From contig JAVJVN010000012.1 in assembly GCA_040221055.1 (NCBI GenBank), positions 48,890-112,889 on the forward strand: a stretch of DNA of 64,000 nt, read 5' to 3'. Both the position numbers and the translations under genes were made by a program. Source of the DNA: Rhodothermales bacterium (GTDB lineage Bacteria > Bacteroidota > Rhodothermia > Rhodothermales > UBA10348). Positions 37,597 through 47,774 of this stretch are shown in pieces. The notes beneath the pieces are model-generated. The model worked only from the letters and a program-made list of their open reading frames with translations, searched no databases and had not been told where the DNA came from. Position 1 is the first letter of the stretch, and every line of letters starts with the position of its first letter.

Positions 37597-39030
37597 TCAG
37601 GAAACGGAAATGGATGGATCTTCAAGCGTGTCCGGTGCGGTCCGCATGGTCCGGTAAATGTTGTAGAGCATGAGGATGACGCCGGTCAGATACATGAGGC
37701 CACCGATCAGGCGGACCCAATACATGGGCACGATCTGGATGACGGTCTCCATGAAATCCGGATACAGGAGGCGCCCGGCATCGTCGAATGCCCGCCACAT
37801 GAGGCCCTGCGTCACGCCGGCGGCATACATGGACATCACGTAGAGCAGCATGCCGATCGTGCCGATCCAGAAATGCGCATTGGCCAGACGTTCACTCCAC
37901 AGTTTCGTCTGCCAGAGGCGGGGGAGCAGCCAGTAGATCATCCCGAAGGTCATGAACCCGTTCCAGCCGAGTGCGCCGGCATGGACGTGTCCGATGGTCC
38001 AATCCGTGTAGTGGCTCAAGGCGTTCACGGTCTTGACGGACAACATGGGGCCCTCGAAGGTCGACATGCCGTAGAAGGTGATTCCGATCACGTACATGCG
38101 CAGCACGACGCTGTCCCGGAGCTTGTGCCAGGCCCCACGCAAGGTGAAGAGCCCGTTGATCATGCCACCCCAACTGGGCATCCACAACATGATGGAGAAG
38201 ACCATGCCCAATGTCGCCGCCCATTCGGGGATGGACGTGTAGTTCAGGTGATGCGGGCCGGCCCAGATGTAGATGAAGACCAGGCTCCAGAAATGCACGA
38301 TGGACAGGCGGTAGGAGAACACCGGCCGGTCTGCGGCCTTCGGCAGGAAATAGTACATGAGGCCCAGGAAGGGCGTCGTCAGGAAGAAGGCCACGGCATT
38401 GTGACCGTACCACCACTGCACGAAGGCATCCTGGACCCCGGCATAGATGGGATAACTGTTCAGGAACGATGCCGGGACGGCCAGGCTGTTTCCGATATGC
38501 AGGATGGCCACGGTGACGATGGTCGCGATGTAGAACCATATGGCCACATACAGGTGCTTCTCCCGGCGCACCTTCAGCGTCATGAAGAAGTTGATGGCGA
38601 AGATGACCCAGATGATCGTGATCAGGATGTCAATGGGCCACTCCAACTCCGCGTATTCCTTGCTCGTCGTGTACCCCAGGGGCAGCGTGATGGCGGCACT
38701 CACGATGATGGCCTGCCAGCCCCAGAAGTGGATGCGACTCATGAGGTCGTTGTACATCCGCGCTTTCACCAGCCGCTGGGTGGAATAGTAGATGGCCGCA
38801 AAAATGGCGTTGCCGGCAAACGCGAAGATGACGGCGTTGGTGTGGAGCGGACGCAACCGCCCGAACGTCAGATACGGGCCCAGGTTGGCCTGCCACCAGG
38901 GCAGTTGAAGGGCAATGAGTGCGCCGACCAGCATGCCGACAAAGCCCCAGATTGCGGTAGCCAGGACGAACATGCGGACCACCTGGTCGTCGAAATGGAT
39001 ACGACCAGGAGTGATTTGGGTGGATGCCAT
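37597..39030 (-). CDS. ccoN: cbb3 oxidase subunit I (CcoN)
   Basis: The start is at ATG 39030 (MASTQITPGR...). It is a polytopic heme-copper oxidase with the cbb3-specific QWWYGHNAVAFFLT motif and the GPHHL / GHVH histidines. Confidence 0.9.
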   Translation of the reverse strand: MASTQITPGRIHFDDQVVRMFVLATAIWGFVGMLVGALIALQLPWWQANLGPYLTFGRLRPLHTNAVIFAFAGNAIFAAIYYSTQRLVKARMYNDLMSRIHFWGWQAIIVSAAITLPLGYTTSKEYAELEWPIDILITIIWVIFAINFFMTLKVRREKHLYVAIWFYIATIVTVAILHIGNSLAVPASFLNSYPIYAGVQDAFVQWWYGHNAVAFFLTTPFLGLMYYFLPKAADRPVFSYRLSIVHFWSLVFIYIWAGPHHLNYTSIPEWAATLGMVFSIMLWMPSWGGMINGLFTLRGAWHKLRDSVVLRMYVIGITFYGMSTFEGPMLSVKTVNALSHYTDWTIGHVHAGALGWNGFMTFGMIYWLLPRLWQTKLWSERLANAHFWIGTIGMLLYVMSMYAAGVTQGLMWRAFDDAGRLLYPDFMETVIQIVPMYWVRLIGGLMYLTGVILMLYNIYRTMRTAPDTLEDPSISVS

Positions 39031-39212
39031 GTACCGTGAAGGATGAGTTGAGCGAATCGGTACACAATAAACGTCAAAGGAAACGATTGCAATATCGGGG
39101 TTTCCCCCACGCCGTTGTGGGTGGTCACCTGCCATGTTGCCTCTGCGCGGACCCGTCACGGACCCATGCCGGATCATGCTATTGTTGATTCAGACGAACC
39201 CAACCTGGACGC

Positions 39213-39890
39213 ATGATCATGGAAAACAGGAAAGAGCGACTTATAGGGCTGGTCGACGATCACCCCCTCATGCGCAAGGGGCTTCGGCTGGTCATCGAGG
39301 CAGAGGACGACCTTGTGGTATGCTGCGAAGCCGAGACCGCCGAGGCCATGCTCGAGCGAATCGGAGACCATCCGCCGGACGTGCTGGTCGTGGACGTTTC
39401 CCTGCCCGGAATGAGCGGCATAGATCTCATCAAACACGTACACGCCTTGAATCCCGACATCCGGGTCCTGGTGGTTTCCCGGCATGACGAAACCCTCTAT
39501 GCCGAGCGGGCCATCCGCGCCGGTGCACGCGGGTATCTCATGAAAATGGCTGCGGGGGATACCGTCGTGACGGCCATCAGACGCATTCTCGCGGGGGGCA
39601 TCTACGTTTCCGCGGAAATCAACGAACGGCTGTTGATGGGAATGGCGACAGGACAGAATTCGTTCAACCGCTCTCCGCTGGAAGTCTTGTCGGACCGGGA
39701 GCTGGAGGTTTTCGAGTTGACCGGACGGGGATTCGGCACCCGGGACATTTCCGAACGGCTCGGTCTGTCCATCAAAACCATAGAAAGCTACCGTGCCCGG
39801 ATAAAAACCAAGCTGAACCTGGGCAGTGCGGCCGAACTCATGCAGCACGCCGTGCAATGGGTCGAGAGCGAAGCGGTAGTCAGCTCCTGA
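39213..39890 (+). CDS. NarL/LuxR-family response regulator (REC plus HTH)
   Basis: The receiver has its acceptor Asp in VLVVDVSLPGMSG. The C-terminal LuxR HTH reads LSDRELEVFELTGRGFGTRDISERLGLSIKTIESYRARI. Confidence 0.9.
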   Translation: MIMENRKERLIGLVDDHPLMRKGLRLVIEAEDDLVVCCEAETAEAMLERIGDHPPDVLVVDVSLPGMSGIDLIKHVHALNPDIRVLVVSRHDETLYAERAIRAGARGYLMKMAAGDTVVTAIRRILAGGIYVSAEINERLLMGMATGQNSFNRSPLEVLSDRELEVFELTGRGFGTRDISERLGLSIKTIESYRARIKTKLNLGSAAELMQHAVQWVESEAVVSS

Positions 39891-39895
39891 CGGGG

Positions 39896-40654
39896 CTATT
39901 CGCCCGGCTTCACGATCCGGACCAGTTCGATATTGAACTTCAATACCGCCCAAGGGGGTACGGCCGATCCTGCTCCGAATCCACCGTATCCCAGGACGGG
40001 AGGGATGAGGATTTCCCGGACTCCGCCCACGCGCATGCCGATCACGCCCTGCTCGAATCCTGAAATGACGCCGCCGCCTCCTATGGTGAAGAAGAAATCT
40101 TCAGGGCGGGAATTCGATGCATCGAAAACCTGGTCGCCGTACGCAGGAAGGGTGCCGACATATTCCACGAACACGATATCCGCGAATTCGGCAATCCGAC
40201 CGTCACCCGGTTGCACGTCCTCTATCCGGACATAGTCGAAAATCTCCAGGACGGTGACGTCGTATGTGACGTCCGTGTTGGGAGGGACGGCGCAGGATCC
40301 ATCGGAAAAACATTGACCCTGGCGCCCGAAGGCCATGTGCGACGGAATTTCAAGGCGCCGTTCGCCCCCGACCCGGATGCCGGTGAGGCCTTCATCCCAG
40401 CCTTCAAGCACCTGGCCCACCCCGAACGTGAACGTGAAGTTCTCACCCTTTTCGGCCGTGGAATCGAAGATGGTACCGTCCGAGAACCGGCCGACGTACG
40501 ATACGGTGAGTGTCTGACCGCGCTGGACGACCGCCCCGTCTCCTTCTGCCAGGTCCGTTACAATCAGCTCCCCCTTCTCTTCATTGCTGTCGCAGCCACC
40601 CAGGAAGGAGGCCATGACCAGGATTGGCAGTATCAGGAAAAATCGCGTGCGCAT
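39896..40654 (-). CDS. FKBP-type peptidyl-prolyl isomerase lipoprotein (two FKBP domains)
   Basis: It has the lipobox SFLGGC and two FKBP modules (VSYVGRFSDGTIFDS...IPSHMAFG and VEYVGTLPAYGDQVFDAS...IPPVLGYG). Confidence 0.85.
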   Translation of the reverse strand: MRTRFFLILPILVMASFLGGCDSNEEKGELIVTDLAEGDGAVVQRGQTLTVSYVGRFSDGTIFDSTAEKGENFTFTFGVGQVLEGWDEGLTGIRVGGERRLEIPSHMAFGRQGQCFSDGSCAVPPNTDVTYDVTVLEIFDYVRIEDVQPGDGRIAEFADIVFVEYVGTLPAYGDQVFDASNSRPEDFFFTIGGGGVISGFEQGVIGMRVGGVREILIPPVLGYGGFGAGSAVPPWAVLKFNIELVRIVKPGE

Positions 40655-40682
40655 GGAAGGTCGGATCGGGATGAGGAACGGA

Positions 40683-40713
40683 AGAAAAAGGCAACGCCCC
40701 GCTCCGGCCGTTG
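40683..40713 (-). terminator. possible intrinsic terminator after mdh
   Basis: On the minus strand the sequence is CAACG(G)CC-GGAGCG-GG(G)CGTTG followed by CCTTTTTCTTCC. The stem is imperfect (5+2 bp). It lies ~77 nt downstream of the mdh stop. Confidence 0.3.
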
Positions 40714-40789
40714 TTCTGACCGGAACGGGGCATTTATTACGCCCCCGTGCGTTGGGGTTGAAGGGGCGGGGACCGACGCCGATGTCGGC

Positions 40790-41740
<951 letters not shown>

Positions 41741-41889
41741 TTAAAGGGACATCGGAACGTACGGAACAGGAGGGCGCGGCGGGATCCGGGGAACGCCAAG
41801 TTTTGGCAAAATCATAATGTGCGGGCCGCACGGGTTCCGGTATATTGGAATCGTTCCTGATACTTGACCGCCCTTTTGTGATTCCCGCC

Positions 41890-43299
41890 ATGAAGCTACC
41901 CACCATCCGATCCTCGTCCTTTGACCGGTGCGCCGCGCGGATCCTCGTCGCGTTTATGCTCGTCGTGTTCATCCATCATCCATCTGCGGTAGGCCAGACC
42001 AGTGATGATCGGCCTGACAATGTGGTCTTCATCGTGGCCGACGGCATGAGCGTCGTCGGAATGACACTCGCCCGGGACTATCTCCGGGACACGCAGGTCG
42101 AATCGAGCGGCCTGGCCCTGGATCCGTACCTGACCGGGACCGTCCAGACGTTTGCTGCGGATTCCCGGATTACGGACTCCGCATCGAGTGCGACGGCGTA
42201 CGCCTCGGGCGTCAAGACGTATAACGGAGCCATCGGGATGAATGTGGACCGGCAGCCGGTCTCGACCATTCTGGAGCGGGCCGAACAACGGGGATTCCAT
42301 ACCGGACTGATTTCCACCGCCCGGATTACGCATGCCACGCCTGCGGCCTTCTCGGCCCACGTACCGGCCCGGGCCCAGGAGCAGGAGATCGCCGACCAAC
42401 AAATCCGCCAGGGTATTGAGATCCTGCTGGGGGGTGGACGCCAGTTCTACGTCGGGCCCATGGAAGGGGGCGTCCGGACGGACAGTGCCAATATCATGCA
42501 GGACACGGGGTATCACCTGGTGGCAAACCGGGCGGAATTGCTTTCCCAGCAGGAATTGCCCGTACTCGGGCTGTTCAGCATGTCCCATATGGCCTACGAA
42601 ATCGATCGCGCCCGGACGGCGGAACCGAGTCTGGCTGAAATGACCACGTGGGCGCTCGACCGGCTGGCGTCGCAGGACCGGCCCTTCTTCATGATGATCG
42701 AGGCCGGACGCGTGGATCACGCCGGTCACGGGAATGACGCTCCGGCTTTCCTCCACGATATGCTGGCTTTTGATCAGGCCGTCGCGGCTGCCCTGGCTTT
42801 TGCCCGCAAGGACGGTCGTACGCTGGTCGTCATCACGGCGGACCATGAGACGGGCGGACTCACCCTCGGAGGGGAATTCGAAGGGGGCGGATCGGGGTAC
42901 CGGTACGACCCCACGGGATTGGCCGCTGCGCGCTCATCCATTGAGGATTTCGGTCGCCGTCTCACCGAAGTCCTTGCCGATCGTCCGGCATTGCCGAATT
43001 GGATTGCGGAAACATTGATGGCCGACTTCCAACTGAGCCTTTCCGAACCGGAGCAGTTCGAGTTGCGGCGCATCCTGGCGACCAACAACGATGCCCGGTT
43101 GCAGTCCTTCCTCCGGTCCACGCTGCAGGACCGTCTGGCACGGAGGGCATCGGTACACTGGTCCACCTCAGGGCACACCGCCGTGGACGTTCCCTTGTTC
43201 GCCTTTGGTCCGGGAGCGGGTGCGTTCAACGGATCCATGGACAATACACGAGTGGGCCTGTTGTTGGCGGAAATGATGGGTGTTCCGCTGGCGGAGTAG
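41890..43299 (+). CDS. alkaline phosphatase (PhoA family), secreted
   Basis: The ATG at 41890 (MKLPTIRSS...) gives a signal-like N-terminus. The metal/nucleophile motifs are VFIVADGMS and DSASSATAYASGVKTYNGAIG, followed by VITADHETGG. Confidence 0.85.
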   Translation: MKLPTIRSSSFDRCAARILVAFMLVVFIHHPSAVGQTSDDRPDNVVFIVADGMSVVGMTLARDYLRDTQVESSGLALDPYLTGTVQTFAADSRITDSASSATAYASGVKTYNGAIGMNVDRQPVSTILERAEQRGFHTGLISTARITHATPAAFSAHVPARAQEQEIADQQIRQGIEILLGGGRQFYVGPMEGGVRTDSANIMQDTGYHLVANRAELLSQQELPVLGLFSMSHMAYEIDRARTAEPSLAEMTTWALDRLASQDRPFFMMIEAGRVDHAGHGNDAPAFLHDMLAFDQAVAAALAFARKDGRTLVVITADHETGGLTLGGEFEGGGSGYRYDPTGLAAARSSIEDFGRRLTEVLADRPALPNWIAETLMADFQLSLSEPEQFELRRILATNNDARLQSFLRSTLQDRLARRASVHWSTSGHTAVDVPLFAFGPGAGAFNGSMDNTRVGLLLAEMMGVPLAE

Positions 43300-43304
43300 C
43301 GGAC

Positions 43305-44987
43305 ATGTCGGTCTTCACACGGTTCCTGGAAGGGGCACGGCCCCTGGTCGTGACCGATACGGAGACCACCGGTACATCCGCTGCCCAAAATCGAATCATC
43401 GAAATCGGGGCGATCGCCATACATCCCGACGGGACGCGAACGTCGTTCAGTCATCTGATCAATCCCGAGACGGCCATCCCGTACCGCATTACGCGGATCA
43501 CGGGTCTGACCACCGGCCACGTGGCCAACAAACCGCGCGCGGCCGACGTCCTGCCGGACTATCTGTCCTTCCTGGGGGACGGGATATTCACGGCGCACAA
43601 CATCGGGTTCGACCGGGCATTCATCAACGCGGAACTGGCGCGTGCGGGATTGCCGGAAATGGACCATGCCGGACTCTGCTCACTGCGGTTGGCGCGACGA
43701 CTGCTTCCCGGACTGCGCAGCAAGAGCCTTGGCAATCTCGCAGCATTCTTCAAGTTGGACGGGCAAGGACGGCACCGGGCCTTGCGCGACGCCGAGGTCA
43801 CGGTTGGCGTCCTTGAGCGGTTGCTGCTGATTGCCGAGGAAGAACACGGCATCCGTGAAATCGGGGAATTGCTGGAACTGCAGCGGAAGACCTACGCAAG
43901 TGTCCGACCGGCGTCGCCGCACCTGGACCGGATCCGCATGGACGTGCTGCCCCTCGTTCCTGAAGAGCCCGGTGTGTACTTCATGAAGGACGGCCAGGGG
44001 AAAGTGCTCTACGTGGGCAAGGCGAAAACGCTGGCCAGCCGTGTCCGGTCCTACTTCACGGCCGTGGAGGCCCATCCGGGACGCATCCGCAACCTGGTGG
44101 CCAACGTACGGATCGTCGACTGGGAGACCACGGAAACCGAGCTGAACGCACTCATCCTGGAGTCCCGGCTCATCAAGGACATCGATCCCCCGTACAACCG
44201 GGCGCTGCGCCGCCATGTATCGCGTCCGTTCCTGCGGATTGACTGGAACGAGCCGTTCCCGAGAATCACCGCCCAGGTCATTGTCCGGGACGACGGGGCG
44301 GAATGGTTCGGTCCGCTGCGATCCCGGGCCGAGGCCGCTTCCGTCATTGAGCTGATAGAACGACTGTTTGCCGTCAGGAATTGCTCAACCGCCGACCTGG
44401 AACGCGGTCGACGATGCCTGAGGGGGGACATCGGACGGTGCACCATGCCGTGCGAAAACACCGACCGGGAGGCGTATATCACCGAGGTCCGGCGCGTGGA
44501 AGCTTTCCTGAGGGGCGACGCCGACGAGGTGGAGGAACGGCTCATGGCCGACATGGCCCACGCTGCCGCAGAACTGGATTTCGAGGAAGCCGCCCGGATC
44601 CGTGACTGGCTGGCCTGGATTGCCCAGGGACGGAATCGGATGGGAGCGGTCGTCCGACCCATGGACAGTCCCGATACCGTGTACTGGTTGGATGCGGATT
44701 CGGTGACGTGTGCGGTGGTCCGTGGGGGGCTGGTGCATTGGACGGGGCGCATGCCGTCGCCGGTCGGGGCGGGCAACCTGCAATACATCTGCGAGCGCCT
44801 GGAGACCGTGCTTGCCCATTCCGATGTCGACCGCGATCCTACGCATCCCACTGAGGCCGATGCGCGTCGCATCCTGGAACACTGGGTGCAGGCCAACCGG
44901 GATGACCTCCTGGTGGTCCAGCGCCTGGATGGGGAATCGGTTTCTGCCTATCTGGATCGTGTCATGGATGCTATCTTGACCGACTGA
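43305..44987 (+). CDS. DEDD (DnaQ-like) 3'-5' exonuclease fused to a GIY-YIG (UvrC/Cho-like) nuclease and a UVR motif
   Basis: The ATG at 43305 lies 6 nt after the phosphatase stop. The Exo motifs are VVTDTETTG, FTAHNIGFDRAF and HRALRDAE. The GIY-YIG motif is PGVYFMKDGQGKVLYVGKA...NALILESRLIK, and the UVR-like helix is ELDFEEAARIRDWLAWI. Confidence 0.8.
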   Translation: MSVFTRFLEGARPLVVTDTETTGTSAAQNRIIEIGAIAIHPDGTRTSFSHLINPETAIPYRITRITGLTTGHVANKPRAADVLPDYLSFLGDGIFTAHNIGFDRAFINAELARAGLPEMDHAGLCSLRLARRLLPGLRSKSLGNLAAFFKLDGQGRHRALRDAEVTVGVLERLLLIAEEEHGIREIGELLELQRKTYASVRPASPHLDRIRMDVLPLVPEEPGVYFMKDGQGKVLYVGKAKTLASRVRSYFTAVEAHPGRIRNLVANVRIVDWETTETELNALILESRLIKDIDPPYNRALRRHVSRPFLRIDWNEPFPRITAQVIVRDDGAEWFGPLRSRAEAASVIELIERLFAVRNCSTADLERGRRCLRGDIGRCTMPCENTDREAYITEVRRVEAFLRGDADEVEERLMADMAHAAAELDFEEAARIRDWLAWIAQGRNRMGAVVRPMDSPDTVYWLDADSVTCAVVRGGLVHWTGRMPSPVGAGNLQYICERLETVLAHSDVDRDPTHPTEADARRILEHWVQANRDDLLVVQRLDGESVSAYLDRVMDAILTD

Positions 44988-45014
44988 TCCGACCAAGTCC
45001 ACCCCTTGCTACCC

Positions 45015-46334
45015 ATGTTCCGTTCCGCACTCTCTGCCGGCATGCTGGTTTTCGCGGTCGGGTGTACGCAGCATCCCGAAGCACCAGCCTACCCTGACCG
45101 TCCTTCATCGCCCGACGATATCCGTCGTTCGAATGCGTTCGTGGCCGAAGCATCGGCAGCGCTTGGCGAGGGAGACGTCGAGGGGTACCGCGTGCGCATG
45201 GACTCGGCCCACACACTCCGGCCCCAGCAGGCGGTGTATCTGTTCCATGCCGGCCGATCCCGTCTGGCAGCGGGTGATACCCTGCAGGCCATGACGTTGC
45301 TGGATGTATTCGCAGGTATGGGAATGACGCGCGACCTGGCGGCCGATCCGGTATTTGCCGGTCTCCTGGAGCGTGACCCGTTCCGGCGCGTTTCGGAGGC
45401 GCTTACCCGGAATGCTGCGCCGATCGGAGTGGTCTGGACCGTTGCGGAGGGGGGCAGCCCCGACCTGGTCCCGGAGGGCGTTGCCCGGGATGAGACGGGT
45501 CAACGTTGGTTCATCGGAAGCGTACGCGAGGGCGTCATCCTGGAGCTGGCGGAGGACGGCATCCGCACCCTTGTTGAAGGTCTTCCTTCGGTCATGGGCA
45601 TGACGTGGGTGGAGGGTCGGCTTTATGCTGCGGTTACGCGCGGCCCGAATCTCGCCTCGGAAACAGAATGGGAGTCCGGTGTCGTGGTTGTGGATCCATC
45701 CAGCGGGGAGGTGGTGCATCACATCCGGATTCCCGATGCCGAGCCGGTGGTTGACGCCGATGGAACAGCGCCCGGCGCGTGGCCGGGCGACCTTGTGGTA
45801 GCGGCGGACGGAACGGTCTATGTATCCGATTCACTGCGAAACGTCATATGGCGTGCCCGGCCGGGCATGGACGTGTTCGAGGCGGCCGTGTCGTCGCCGT
45901 GGTTTGCCTCCTTGCAGGGGCTGACGTTCCTGGAAGACGGGCAGACGCTGGTGGTGGCCGATTACACCGCCGGACTGTTCCGTGTGGATCCGGAAGAGGG
46001 TACGGCAACGCGCATGCGGGTTCCGTATGGGCAGACGCTCCTGGGCGTGGACGGCCTCTACCGCGGAGGTGGGGGACTCGTCGCCGTACAGAATGGTACC
46101 GCACCCCAACGGATCCTGCACGTTCGGCTGTCGGACGATGCGCGGGATGTGGTCTCCATCACGGTCCTGGCGGCCAATCAACCGGAATTCGACGAGCCCA
46201 CGCTGGGCGTGGTCATCGATACGTCCTTCGTGTTCGTGGCCAACAGCCATTGGGGGCATTTCACGGACGGGGCGCAGTTGGACACCGACCGGGATCGATC
46301 GGCGCCGCGCCTGATGGCCGTCCGATTGCCGTAG
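45015..46334 (+). CDS. hypothetical beta-propeller-like lipoprotein
   Basis: The ATG at 45015 gives MFRSALSAGMLVFAVGC (a lipobox). A helical N-region is followed by repeated blade-like segments (GDLVVAADGTVYVSDS, LVVADYTAGLFRVD, SFVFVANS). Confidence 0.6.
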   Translation: MFRSALSAGMLVFAVGCTQHPEAPAYPDRPSSPDDIRRSNAFVAEASAALGEGDVEGYRVRMDSAHTLRPQQAVYLFHAGRSRLAAGDTLQAMTLLDVFAGMGMTRDLAADPVFAGLLERDPFRRVSEALTRNAAPIGVVWTVAEGGSPDLVPEGVARDETGQRWFIGSVREGVILELAEDGIRTLVEGLPSVMGMTWVEGRLYAAVTRGPNLASETEWESGVVVVDPSSGEVVHHIRIPDAEPVVDADGTAPGAWPGDLVVAADGTVYVSDSLRNVIWRARPGMDVFEAAVSSPWFASLQGLTFLEDGQTLVVADYTAGLFRVDPEEGTATRMRVPYGQTLLGVDGLYRGGGGLVAVQNGTAPQRILHVRLSDDARDVVSITVLAANQPEFDEPTLGVVIDTSFVFVANSHWGHFTDGAQLDTDRDRSAPRLMAVRLP

Positions 46335-46349
46335 CATTGTCCTGGCGCC

Positions 46350-47771
46350 TTACGGGCGCGATTGGGCGAGGGCCCGACGGTACACGTCCAGCCAGGCCTG
46401 TGACGCGTGGTCCCAGGAGAAATCCTTCTGCATGCCCCTCCGCATGGCAGCGGCCCATCGGTTCCCGTCGCGGAATGCCTGGACTGCTCGCGTGAGTGCA
46501 TGGGCCATGGCTTGCGGTTCGGGTTGCCTGAATATGAATCCGGTGCCGTTTTCGGGGTGCTCGTCAAGATCGATGACCGTATCGGCCAATCCACCCGTGG
46601 CGTGTACGATGGGCAGCGTGCCATAGCGCATGCTGTACATCTGATTGAGTCCGCAGGGTTCGTACCGGGACGGCATGAGGAAGGCGTCAGCGCCGGCCTC
46701 AATCCGGTGGGCCAGGGCCTCGTCGTATCCAATCCGTAATCCCAGTCGTTCCGGGTGGCGCTGCCGGGCGTACCGGAATCCGTCCTCCAGCACGGCGTCC
46801 CCGCTGCCCAGAACCACGAAGGTCACCGGGGACCGAGCCAGGACATCGTCCAATACGGCAAGCAACAAATCCAGTCCTTTCTGTGTGGCGAACCGGGAAA
46901 TCACGCCCACCACCAGCGAGTCGTCCCCGGCCGGCAGGCCGAATTCCTTGAGCAGGGCACTCCGGTTCTGCTGCTTTCCCCCGGGCGCTTCGGCTGAATA
47001 AGGGGTGGTGATGTGCGGGTCGCTGGCCGGATTCCACACCTCGGTGTCCATTCCGTTCAGGATTCCGTCGAGATCCCAACCCCGGGATCGGAGCCAGCCG
47101 TCGAGGCCTTCCCCGAATTCATACGTCTGGATTTCGCGGGCATAGGTCGGAGACACCGTGACAATCCGGTCGGCATGGCGGATGCCGTCCTCCAGGCAAT
47201 TCCCGACCCCGTCCAGCCGGAGGGAGAGCCACTCCGGGACGTGACCCTGGTAGGCCAGATTGTGGATGGTCAGTATCGATCGGGTCCGTCCGAACAGATG
47301 GTCCCATGCGTATTCCGTCCGGATGAGCCGCGGAAGGAGGGCGGTCTGCCAGTCGTTTGCATGGATGATGTCCGGGGACCATGCGTATTGCTGGAGGATG
47401 CGGATGGCCGCGTGCTGCAGGAAGACGAAACGGAGCACTTCATCCGGGCGGTTCGTATAGATGCGCCCTCCATGGAAGAATCGTGGACAGTCCACCAGGT
47501 ACACTTCCACCTCCGAGTCAGGAAGGTGCCCGTACCACACATTGAAGGGGATGACCTCGTCGGCCACACTGACGGATTGACCGTGGAACTCCGTGGCATG
47601 GATGAAGCCGTGATCGAAGACCCGGATGGAATCGTATAATGGGAGGATGAGCTTGACGTGTACACCCAGCCGGGAAAGGGCCACGGGAAGCGCGCCCGAG
47701 ACATCGGCCAGACCGCCGGTTTTCACGTATGGCACGCACTCGCTGGTGACGAAACAGACATTCATGGACAT
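46350..47771 (-). CDS. glgA: glycogen (starch) synthase
   Basis: The start is at ATG 47771 or 47765 (MSMNVCFVTSECVPYVKTGGLADV, the GlgA N-terminal signature). The C-terminal GT-B motifs are MPSRYEPCGLNQMY and TGGLADTV. The listed 700-aa ORF is an upstream extension. Confidence 0.9.
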   Translation of the reverse strand: MSMNVCFVTSECVPYVKTGGLADVSGALPVALSRLGVHVKLILPLYDSIRVFDHGFIHATEFHGQSVSVADEVIPFNVWYGHLPDSEVEVYLVDCPRFFHGGRIYTNRPDEVLRFVFLQHAAIRILQQYAWSPDIIHANDWQTALLPRLIRTEYAWDHLFGRTRSILTIHNLAYQGHVPEWLSLRLDGVGNCLEDGIRHADRIVTVSPTYAREIQTYEFGEGLDGWLRSRGWDLDGILNGMDTEVWNPASDPHITTPYSAEAPGGKQQNRSALLKEFGLPAGDDSLVVGVISRFATQKGLDLLLAVLDDVLARSPVTFVVLGSGDAVLEDGFRYARQRHPERLGLRIGYDEALAHRIEAGADAFLMPSRYEPCGLNQMYSMRYGTLPIVHATGGLADTVIDLDEHPENGTGFIFRQPEPQAMAHALTRAVQAFRDGNRWAAAMRRGMQKDFSWDHASQAWLDVYRRALAQSRP

Positions 47772-47774
47772 AAC

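Noticed and set aside
37192-39039. 615-aa plus-strand ORF across ccoO/ccoN
   Set aside because: It is antisense to the cbb3 oxidase subunits, whose conserved motifs (WWYGHNAV, CVGCH) fix the true frame.
39185-39198. Possible FNR/CRP-type box TTGATTCAGACGAA upstream of the cco operon
   Set aside because: Only the first half-site matches TTGAT-N4-ATCAA. The second half matches at 3 of 5 positions. The site is ~155 nt from ccoN and 15 nt from the regulator start. This is not enough to call.
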